Positions 9,299-16,939 of a DNA stretch of 64,000 nucleotides are shown here, one piece after another (the stretch's first letter is position 1; each line of letters begins with the position of its first letter). The stretch lies in assembly GCA_001794635.1 (NCBI GenBank), contig MGKE01000002.1, positions 13,921 through 77,920 of the forward strand. The letters run 5' to 3'. The stretch comes from Candidatus Yanofskybacteria bacterium RIFCSPLOWO2_01_FULL_39_28. GTDB lineage: Bacteria > Patescibacteriota > Minisyncoccia > 2-02-FULL-40-12 > GWA2-44-9. The notes under the pieces are model-generated. The model worked only from the letters and a program-made list of their open reading frames with translations. It made no database searches and was not told where the DNA came from. The position numbers and the translations under genes were made by a program.

Positions 9299-11139
9299 TA
9301 GGACCTGCCATTGGTGGGTAACGCAACCCTTGATCCTTCGATATTAATCTTCCAGAATAGAGTTGACATGGTTTCTAGTACTTCGTTAACGCTCTCCGGT
9401 CTGAATGCTTTTGAACCTTCAACCCGTTTAATTTTCCAAGGTACCTCTAGATAATCAGCGCCGGACTTTATAAGGTAAATTAGTATCTCAGCCATGTAGG
9501 CGAAATTATCGCAACTCATGGGTACAGCTCTAAGATAATCAGTCGGAATGATGCAAATTCCGTTGTAATATCTGATATTCAAGCCAAACAGTTTATTACA
9601 CAGAAGGGTAAATGTCCTGGATGTAGTTTGTCTTTCCGGTGGACGGACTTCCTGATTGGATATATAAGGAATAACAATATCAGCTTTTCCAATATTAGAT
9701 ATGACTTCAGCTACTGAATCTTCGTCAAACTCTCCATCACCAGGGATCATCATCGTATAATATTTTTTAGCTTCGCTTACTCCTTGGCGATACTTGAATC
9801 CTAGTCCGACATAGGCATCATTGTGGATGTGGCGAACATGAGTGTCACTTTGGGCTATGTTAGCCGCAATGTCAGGAGTGCTATCATGTGAATTATCGGG
9901 GCAGAGGTTGGTAATAGCCAAGATTTCGTAGTCAGGTATGTCTGCTTTATTGATTGCCCAAGTGGCACGCTCATAAGCAGAAAGAAGTTTAGTTGCTTCG
10001 TTGTAGGCGGGCATGATTACTGTCAGTGAAACTTGGTCTTTCTTTTTCTTGCTCCTTCTTTTTTTCTTTGAGACTTTATCAGAAACAGTATCTGCTATTG
10101 ACACCATTGCGATAACTTTAGTCGTTATTGAGTTTAGAACTTTAACTACTTTAAAAATATTAAATGCATCTTGAACGCCAGGGCTCCAATCAGCAAGGTG
10201 TCCATTGTCGGAAATTTTAGGTGGACAGAAATGTCTGTCCACCGATTTACCCAGATAAACAATAACTTGATGCAGAACTTGAACTGCATTGCCACTGGCG
10301 AATTGATAAATGGCGTTTAAGTCAGGAGATTCGTTGGGCACGGGGAGAGTAAAGTTTGATTGATTAATTATTTTTTGACCTGAAGCCACTCTTTCTTCCT
10401 TGATGTTTACTCTCCAAAACAGCGAAGCAAGAGAGCCGAATATTCCCAAAGCATCCGCTATGTTTCGGTATCGTTCGAGATTGGTGTTAGATTTTACCGT
10501 ATACGGTAATTCAAGGTAGGATACTCCGGATTTGGCCAAATAAATAGAAGTTTCAGCTAGGCAAGTCGTGTCGCTTGATCGCAGGGGAATTTTCGTAAGA
10601 AGTTCACGTTTGGCAGTTAAGATGCCGGTATAGCTTTTTAGGTTCAAGGCAAACAGAAGGTTGCATAAAAAGGAATAACCCCTAGAGACATAGCGTATTT
10701 CTGAAGATTCGGCGTCTGTATTGCCAGAGTAAGTAAAAATTGCATCTGCTTGGCCCAGATAAAGCATAAGACTGGCAAGAGAGCTTTCTTCTACTGAGCG
10801 GTAAGGGGGGATAACCATTACATAGTCTTTGACTGCCTTATTTATGCCTTGCCGATATTGCAAACCTAATCCGACAAAGACGGGATTATGTATGTGGGCT
10901 ACATTTGGGTCTTCAATAAGTAAGTCTTTTATAACCTGAAGTGTAGCCTCATCACTTTTTCCTTCGGGCGAGGTCTGGCTTACGATCAGGATCTCATATT
11001 CATTAATGTCGGCTATACTTACTGATTTAATAATAGACGTATAAGTTCTTTGCAGGTCTGTTGGTTGTTCAGGGTCAATCGGTAAAATAATTGATAATGA
11101 GTTAGATTTTACAGTCGTTTCTTGTTCAGTCATTTCCAC
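9298..11139 (-). CDS. Tandem-domain GT2 glycosyltransferase; the N-terminal domain is degenerate
   Basis: Two GT-A-like halves joined by a Lys/Arg-rich linker (SKKKRRSKKKKD). The C-terminal half (LTVIMPAYNE...MMIPGDGEFDED) is paralogous to 11608..12336. In the N-terminal half IPPYRSVEE replaces the acidic motif. Confidence 0.75.
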   Translation of the reverse strand: MEMTEQETTVKSNSLSIILPIDPEQPTDLQRTYTSIIKSVSIADINEYEILIVSQTSPEGKSDEATLQVIKDLLIEDPNVAHIHNPVFVGLGLQYRQGINKAVKDYVMVIPPYRSVEESSLASLMLYLGQADAIFTYSGNTDAESSEIRYVSRGYSFLCNLLFALNLKSYTGILTAKRELLTKIPLRSSDTTCLAETSIYLAKSGVSYLELPYTVKSNTNLERYRNIADALGIFGSLASLFWRVNIKEERVASGQKIINQSNFTLPVPNESPDLNAIYQFASGNAVQVLHQVIVYLGKSVDRHFCPPKISDNGHLADWSPGVQDAFNIFKVVKVLNSITTKVIAMVSIADTVSDKVSKKKRRSKKKKDQVSLTVIMPAYNEATKLLSAYERATWAINKADIPDYEILAITNLCPDNSHDSTPDIAANIAQSDTHVRHIHNDAYVGLGFKYRQGVSEAKKYYTMMIPGDGEFDEDSVAEVISNIGKADIVIPYISNQEVRPPERQTTSRTFTLLCNKLFGLNIRYYNGICIIPTDYLRAVPMSCDNFAYMAEILIYLIKSGADYLEVPWKIKRVEGSKAFRPESVNEVLETMSTLFWKINIEGSRVALPTNGRS

Positions 11140-11162
11140 CTCGTTGTCAAATAACTGATGTA

Positions 11163-11191
11163 TTTATACAAGATAATAATGCTCTAGTCAA
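11163..11191 (-). promoter_or_regulatory. Sigma70-like promoter for 9298..11139
   Basis: On the minus strand, TTGACT-N17-TATAAA lies about 25 nt upstream of GAGGTGGAA-ATG. Confidence 0.5.
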
Positions 11192-11205
11192 CCTGATTTT
11201 AAGGG

Positions 11206-11580
11206 CATGGTGTTAATCAAAATCCTCACAAGAGCTTGATTTCTGGGGCACGGCGTAAATTTCTGCTGAAATTTCGCCTTTTACTCGGTTCAGCCAACCT
11301 CCGTAAATCCCCATAAATCAACTCTTATGATGATTTTGTTTTCTGTTGTTAGTATAAATTCAGATAGTCGGCATAGCAGGTATTTTGAGGGATTTTTTAT
11401 TGGGTACAAATGAGTGAAGCCTTTGGCCTATGAGGGGATTTACGGACCGCGACGGCGGGAGTAAAAGATGAAATTTTAGCAAAAATTTACATCGTGCCCC
11501 TCATAGGCTAAGGCTGAACGATTTTATGTCGTGCCCGAAAAATACCTGCTATGCCGACTAGATGGTAATTAGCACCATAC
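11206..11580 (+). repeat. Foldback repeat element, copy 1 (candidate structured ncRNA or MITE)
   Basis: ORF-free. Positions 11209-11335 match 51494-51620 at 125 of 127 positions. Termini pair (GGTGTTAAT / ATTAGCACC), helices are nested, and the 3' half is a diverged inverted copy of the 5' half. Confidence 0.8.
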
Positions 11581-11607
11581 GTTTTTAAGAAACAATTTTT
11601 ATGGCTT

Positions 11608-12336
11608 TTATAGAGGTTTTCTTTTTATTCTTATGTCCCAAAATAATTCTAGAAATGTTAATAGGGCACTGACTATATTGTTGCCTTGAAAAGAATTGGT
11701 TTTTCTATTCGGCTGAGGTCTCAAGGGCATCGGGACTTCAACGTAAGTTTTAGCCAGACCTGATTTGGTGGCTCGGATAATAATGTCGGCGGAATAAACA
11801 AGATTATCTACTTTCATGGGGAGTTTCCGTAGGATATCGGTTTTGTGAAGATTGGTGCCATTATAATGTTTTAGATTTAAGCCGGAAATAAAATTACATA
11901 TTATATTAAATACTTTTGCTATTATTCTTCGTTTCAAGGGCCTAACTTCCGGATTGGATGTGGAGGCAACTATAATATCGGCTTGTCCCATTTTCTCAAG
12001 GACATTAATTATTGCTTGTTCTTCAGTTTCGTTGTCTCCGGGAATCATCATGTAATATTCTCCGCCAGCTTCTTTTGCGCCTTGTTTGTATTTAAAGCCT
12101 AAATTGACACAAGAATCATTGTGTATGTGCCTAATTTTAGAATTTTCTCTGGCCAATTGGGCGGCAATTGCTGGAGTGCCGTCATCTGTGCCGTCAGGTC
12201 TAAGGCAGTCTATAATTAAAATTTCATAGCTGATAACTCCGGTCTTGTTTAAGACCTTTATTATTACGTCAATGGTCGGCCGGATATTTTCCGCTTCCAT
12301 GTAAACCGGCACCATAATCGTAAGTTTAATATCCAC
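11608..12336 (-). CDS. GT2 glycosyltransferase
   Basis: LTIMVPVYMEAENI, ILIIDC...DGTDDGT and MMIPGDNETEEQ. Paralogous to the C-terminal half of 9298..11139. Confidence 0.8.
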   Translation of the reverse strand: MDIKLTIMVPVYMEAENIRPTIDVIIKVLNKTGVISYEILIIDCLRPDGTDDGTPAIAAQLARENSKIRHIHNDSCVNLGFKYKQGAKEAGGEYYMMIPGDNETEEQAIINVLEKMGQADIIVASTSNPEVRPLKRRIIAKVFNIICNFISGLNLKHYNGTNLHKTDILRKLPMKVDNLVYSADIIIRATKSGLAKTYVEVPMPLRPQPNRKTNSFQGNNIVSALLTFLELFWDIRIKRKPL

Positions 12337-12818
12337 TATTTTAATAAATCAGTTGAATGAATTGGCAGGGATTTAATAAACACCAACTTGCCGCCCAATT
12401 TTTCAATTTCCAGCTTATCTTGCCAGAGACCGCTGTTTTTATTTTTTAGTCTTTTTTTTGAATCGCTTCCACGCACATAAAAATCAGGCAATATCGCTTT
12501 CATTACTTTCTGTGGACCGGGGGCATTAGACAGAATGACATAGTCCACAGTTTGGAGTTCTGCCAGCCAGGAAGTTCTTGTTTTTTGCTTAAACACAAGC
12601 GGTCTTTTTTTAACCTCACTTTTGTTAATGAATTTATCGTTAACAACGGAAACCATCAAAACATCACCATATTTTTTGGCCTCTTTTAAATAGTGAATAT
12701 GGCCCCAATGAATGAAATCAAAAGCACCGTGAGCCAAAACTATTTTTTTATTTTGTGATTTAAATTTTTTGGCTAAACGTCCAAGTTCTTTCAGGGTTTT
12801 TACTTTAAAATTGTTCAC
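12336..12818 (-). CDS. Cytidylyltransferase-like nucleotidyltransferase (HldE domain II / TagD-like)
   Basis: HGAFDFIHWGH (HxGH motif). Paralogous to the N-terminal domain of 15321..16850. Confidence 0.8.
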   Translation of the reverse strand: MNNFKVKTLKELGRLAKKFKSQNKKIVLAHGAFDFIHWGHIHYLKEAKKYGDVLMVSVVNDKFINKSEVKKRPLVFKQKTRTSWLAELQTVDYVILSNAPGPQKVMKAILPDFYVRGSDSKKRLKNKNSGLWQDKLEIEKLGGKLVFIKSLPIHSTDLLK

Positions 12819-12858
12819 TTTTATTATTTACATTAGTAACTTTAAACAAAATACCGAG

Positions 12859-12913
12859 CATTGTCAAAAGATTTGATTTGTGACATATTTAATCAAATTG
12901 TTTTTTGACAATG
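12859..12913. promoter_or_regulatory. Long palindrome in a divergent promoter region (candidate operator)
   Basis: CATTGTCAAAAGATTTGATT - N12 - AATCAAATTGTTTTTTGACAATG. Each arm contains a TTGACA hexamer. The left-arm hexamer forms TTGACA-N17-TAAAGT for the minus-strand gene. Confidence 0.5.
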
Positions 12914-12924
12914 AGGTGAATTAA

Positions 12925-14865
12925 GTGTCGGGATTAAAGACAAAGCTCAAAATATTATTTGGCATGCGTGATGATGGAGACATGACCGAACCAATGAATT
13001 TAATGCTTTTGTCATCGTTGGCTAAAAAGAACGGTTGTTTAACTGACATTTGGGTAATGGAGAGGGACGATCTAAGGGATACAATTCAAAAAATAAAACC
13101 AGATATTATTGCCTTTTCCGGCATTACCGGTTCGCATAAATATTATGTCCAGGCCGCTCATAACATTAAAGAAATTAATCCGAAAATCAAAGTTATTGTC
13201 GGTGGGCCTCATTTTACTTTTTTCCCGGGTGAGATTTTGAGGCATGAGTGCATAGATTTTTTGTGTGTTGGCGAGGGGGACGATGCTTGGGTAGAATGGA
13301 CTTTGGCCTTTGCTAATAACGGCGATACAAACAATATTCCCAACATTGTGAGCAAGGAAAATGCGCAAAGAGTTCTGACTAACCCTCAATCTGGCAACTT
13401 AATTCTAATCGGCGGTTTAAAGAATGAGGGTTTGAAATCTGTCGGCAATAGCGTTGGCATGGTGGATTATGTTCTAAATCCGGCATTTATGCGTGGAAGA
13501 AAAACTAATCTTGATGATTTACCGTTTCTGGACAGGGGACTGGTTTACGATAATACCGAATTCAAATATCGCTATAAACGCACCATTATGGCTTCTCGCG
13601 GCTGTCCTTTCCGGTGTACTTATTGTTTTGAGCATCAGTGGAATGAAATGTATCGCGGGGTTAAAAATTCAGGAAGTATCCGCCAATTATACGGCGTTGA
13701 TCGTTTGATTTCTGAACTTGAAGAATTTGTTGGACAATACGACACAAGATTTATTAAGTTTTATGACGATGTTTTTCCTCCGTTTCCTAATCCCGCAGAA
13801 AGGGAGTGGCATCAGCAGTTTTGCGAAGAATATCCAAAAAGGATAGGTCTTCCGTTCCACGTTTTAACTCGGTGTGATCTGGTTGTTAATCTTTTGGACA
13901 ATCACAAGTTGGATATTCTTAGAGATTGGAAAAAAGCGGGAATGGCTTCAGTTACGATGTCAATAGAATCCGGTAATCCGTTTATAAGAGATCATGTCAT
14001 TATTCGTGATATGACAGGAAATGATATCAATCGGGCGTTCAAACATGCTTGGGATGTTGGTCTGACCACTTTTCCCAACACCATTCTTGGTATTCCGGCC
14101 CCCCTCTTGCCTAAAGTTGATGACGCGCGTTTTGACGACAAAATGAGAGAAGTCGGTCGTCAGTGCAAGATTTTAAAAGAAATAAATCATCGCAAGATTG
14201 ATCTTCAAGAGGTTCAGAAAATTGCTGAACAGTGGTTTACCGACAAATACGAACGTCGCAGATATATTCTGAACTTTTTAAAATCCGTCGGTTTACGAGA
14301 AGATTTCAAGTCATACGACAGAGAATCCGTTAAGTTTACGTTGGCCCAGAGACCTGGCTTTCCTGAATTTCCTATTTTAGCCCCCTATCCTAAGACCAAG
14401 GCGACCGAATGGGCCATTGCCATAGGTGCTTTTGACGGTAATTTTGAGAAACTTCACGCCAGTTACCAAGAAGTGTCTTATCTTGATTGTTATGATGACG
14501 AATACAAAAAAGTGATGCATAATTTTGAGCTGTTGGGCAGTTTTTTGTCTCTTTTTGCCGGAAGCCGTAACCGCTTTATGCAATGGCTGAACCCATATAT
14601 GCAGATGCTATGTCTTAACTATCTGGCCGAAATCACCAATTCAAAAGCAGTCAGGTTCTATGGCTGGCTTTATACAACTTCCAAGGCCTACATGCATTTA
14701 ACCAGGATATATCCGATGAGATATAGCTCATGGGAAAAGTGGCGTTTTTTCAAACAAATGACAGGACTTGACTTCTGGAAGCAGTTTAAGGAGAGAAAAA
14801 AGACTAAAACAATTTTACGTTCAGAGCGGCCGGGCCAGACTCTTGGCGGTCCGCCATCTTTGTAG
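12925..14865 (+). CDS. Cobalamin-binding-domain (class B) radical SAM enzyme
   Basis: MASRGCPFRCTYC cluster motif after a B12-type domain (PDIIAFSGITGSHKYY...KVIVGGPHFTFFP). GTG start 7 nt after GAGGTG. Confidence 0.8.
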   Translation: MSGLKTKLKILFGMRDDGDMTEPMNLMLLSSLAKKNGCLTDIWVMERDDLRDTIQKIKPDIIAFSGITGSHKYYVQAAHNIKEINPKIKVIVGGPHFTFFPGEILRHECIDFLCVGEGDDAWVEWTLAFANNGDTNNIPNIVSKENAQRVLTNPQSGNLILIGGLKNEGLKSVGNSVGMVDYVLNPAFMRGRKTNLDDLPFLDRGLVYDNTEFKYRYKRTIMASRGCPFRCTYCFEHQWNEMYRGVKNSGSIRQLYGVDRLISELEEFVGQYDTRFIKFYDDVFPPFPNPAEREWHQQFCEEYPKRIGLPFHVLTRCDLVVNLLDNHKLDILRDWKKAGMASVTMSIESGNPFIRDHVIIRDMTGNDINRAFKHAWDVGLTTFPNTILGIPAPLLPKVDDARFDDKMREVGRQCKILKEINHRKIDLQEVQKIAEQWFTDKYERRRYILNFLKSVGLREDFKSYDRESVKFTLAQRPGFPEFPILAPYPKTKATEWAIAIGAFDGNFEKLHASYQEVSYLDCYDDEYKKVMHNFELLGSFLSLFAGSRNRFMQWLNPYMQMLCLNYLAEITNSKAVRFYGWLYTTSKAYMHLTRIYPMRYSSWEKWRFFKQMTGLDFWKQFKERKKTKTILRSERPGQTLGGPPSL

Positions 14866-14886
14866 AATATGCAACGATTAAATATG

Positions 14887-14909
14887 CCCGTATATCAATA
14901 CGGGTTTTT
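14887..14909 (+). terminator. Intrinsic terminator
   Basis: CCCGTAT-ATCA-ATACGGG followed by TTTTT. Confidence 0.7.
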
Positions 14910-14912
14910 AAT

Positions 14913-15311
14913 TTGTTAGTTATTTATTATAATAATCTCATGCTTATTATAGTATCTATTCTAGCTTCGTTTAGCCTTTTTGTTTTAAATCTTGTTTTGG
15001 GGATGTATTATGGTTTTGGCACCAGGCATTATTGGTTTCCTGAAACATTACATTTTCTAGGAGGATTTTTTGTGGCCATGTTTTTCTCTAATTTTTCAAT
15101 ATCTAGGGGACAGATATTGATAGGGTTAGGCGCTGTAACACTTGTTTGGGAACTTTTTGAATTTTTAATTGCAAAAATTCCATCGTGGAATAATTATATT
15201 AAGAAAAAGTTTAGACTCAAAAGAGTTGATTTTAAATTTGTGGATACAACGTTTGATGTATTTTTAAATTTCGCTGGGGCATTGATATTTATATATTTAA
15301 TGTTTAAATAG
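14913..15311 (+). CDS. Small membrane protein of unknown function
   Basis: Four hydrophobic segments and no recognisable motif. The start codon (TTG at 14913 or ATG at 14940) is uncertain. Confidence 0.45.
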   Translation: MLVIYYNNLMLIIVSILASFSLFVLNLVLGMYYGFGTRHYWFPETLHFLGGFFVAMFFSNFSISRGQILIGLGAVTLVWELFEFLIAKIPSWNNYIKKKFRLKRVDFKFVDTTFDVFLNFAGALIFIYLMFK

Positions 15312-15320
15312 TTCCTAGCT

Positions 15321-16850
15321 ATGTCTAGTTATAGAACAAAAATTAAACCTGCTTCTGAACTGGCAAAGTTAATCAAAAGGTTCAAGGTTCAGGGCAAAAA
15401 AGTCGTTTTAAGCCATGGCTCTTTTGATGTTATTCACCACGGTCACTTTTATTATTTAAATGAAGCCAAGAAACACGGAGACATACACGTTGTTTCTGTG
15501 GTCTCTGATCTCTTTATCAAGAAAGGCCTCGCTCGGCCGATTTTTAATCAAAAAATGAGACTTGGATCTATTGCTTCGCTTAACTCTGTTGATTACGTAG
15601 TGCTTTGCGATAATACCGGGCCTTGGGATCTTATTAAACAACTTAAGCCAGATATTTATGTAAAAGGGGAAGACTCGATGGCCCAGTTGGAAAATCCTAA
15701 AAGCGGTGTTAGTAAGGATAAACGAACGATTGAATCGGTTGGCGGAACTTTTTCTCTCACCAAGGCCATTCCCATACACTCTATAGATATTTCTAACAGT
15801 TTTAATAGGGGCTTGAGTCAAGAGGCGGCTAGTTTCGTTAATTCTTTTAGAAAAAAATACAATGTAGCCGATATGATTATAGAAGTAGAGAAGCTTAAAA
15901 AAATGAAAGTTTTAGTCATAGGCGAGACTATTATTGACGAGTATCGTTATGTAGCTCCTCTGGGTAAGCCGGCTAAATCCCATGTTATCTCAGCCCAGTA
16001 TCTTCAAAAAGAAGAATTTGCCGGCGGTATTTCGGCTTGCGCTAACCATATTGCCAGTATTGTGGGTCAGGTTGATATGGTGACTTATCTGGGGAGCAAG
16101 AATTCAAAAGAAAACTTTATAAGAAAAAAGCTCAAGTCAAACGTGAGACCATACTTTTTTTATTGTCCTGATCAGCCGACCATTGTTAAGCGTCGTTTTG
16201 TGGACCACGCTTATTTTTCTAAATTTTTTGAAGAATACGAATTTAACAAGAATTATCTCCCACTGGATGTAGAAAAAAGGGTCGCTAGTTTTTTAAACAG
16301 TAAATCCAAGCATTATGACTTGGTGCTGGTAGTTGATTACGGCCACGGCTTTCTATCCAAAAAATTGATTGATATCATCATCTCTAAAGCCAAATTTTTG
16401 GCCGTTAATACTCAGACCAATAGTGGCAATGCCGGGTTTAACTATATTACGAAATACCCCAAAGCGGATTATGTTTGCGTTGATGAGACAGAAGCGCGTT
16501 TGGCTTTGCAGGATGAAACCGGAAACATAGATGCTATTTTGAAAAAACTTCATAGGAACCTTAAAACCAAATACATGATTATTACCATGGCTAGACGCGG
16601 AGCTATCGGTTATGACGGCAACGGCAGTTTAAAGGTTGTTCCGTCTTTGGCCACTCAAATTACTGATACCGTTGGATCAGGCGACGCTTTTTTATCAATA
16701 TCAGCGCCTTGCGCGGCCGCCGGCTTTCCAGCCGAATTCGTTTCTTTCCTGGGCAGTATTGCCAGCGCCATCGCCGTTGATATTATTGGCAATAAAACAT
16801 CGGTTGAAAGAGAAGAAATTTTTCGGCGGATCGGATATCTATTAGAGTAG
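15321..16850 (+). CDS. Bifunctional nucleotidyltransferase / PfkB-family sugar kinase (HldE-like, with inverted domain order)
   Basis: N-terminal HGSFDVIHHGH (HxGH nucleotidyltransferase). C-terminal PfkB kinase signature DTVGSGDAF. Confidence 0.8.
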   Translation: MSSYRTKIKPASELAKLIKRFKVQGKKVVLSHGSFDVIHHGHFYYLNEAKKHGDIHVVSVVSDLFIKKGLARPIFNQKMRLGSIASLNSVDYVVLCDNTGPWDLIKQLKPDIYVKGEDSMAQLENPKSGVSKDKRTIESVGGTFSLTKAIPIHSIDISNSFNRGLSQEAASFVNSFRKKYNVADMIIEVEKLKKMKVLVIGETIIDEYRYVAPLGKPAKSHVISAQYLQKEEFAGGISACANHIASIVGQVDMVTYLGSKNSKENFIRKKLKSNVRPYFFYCPDQPTIVKRRFVDHAYFSKFFEEYEFNKNYLPLDVEKRVASFLNSKSKHYDLVLVVDYGHGFLSKKLIDIIISKAKFLAVNTQTNSGNAGFNYITKYPKADYVCVDETEARLALQDETGNIDAILKKLHRNLKTKYMIITMARRGAIGYDGNGSLKVVPSLATQITDTVGSGDAFLSISAPCAAAGFPAEFVSFLGSIASAIAVDIIGNKTSVEREEIFRRIGYLLE

Positions 16851-16870
16851 ATAAATCATAAACCACTCTT

Positions 16871-16899
16871 TTGACAGAAGCTATTTTCTCTAGTATATT
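16871..16899 (+). promoter_or_regulatory. Sigma70-like promoter for the fused E1 gene
   Basis: TTGACA-N17-TATATT, about 40 nt upstream of GGGAG-N8-ATG. Confidence 0.55.
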
Positions 16900-16939
16900 T
16901 AGACGCAAAACTTGTACTTTGAAATCAGGGAGTTGAAGA

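Noticed and set aside
11454-11461. GGCGGGAG inside the foldback repeat (also at 51695-51702) resembles the ops/JUMPstart element GGCGGTAG found in polysaccharide operon leaders.
   Set aside because: There is one mismatch in an 8-mer. It lies on the plus strand while the adjacent operons are on the minus strand. It also sits upstream of the promoters rather than in the transcribed leader.
11206-11580. The foldback element as a riboswitch or 5'-UTR leader of the downstream minus-strand genes.
   Set aside because: In both copies a well-formed -35/-10 promoter lies between the element and the gene, so the element would not be part of that mRNA. The two downstream genes are also functionally unrelated.
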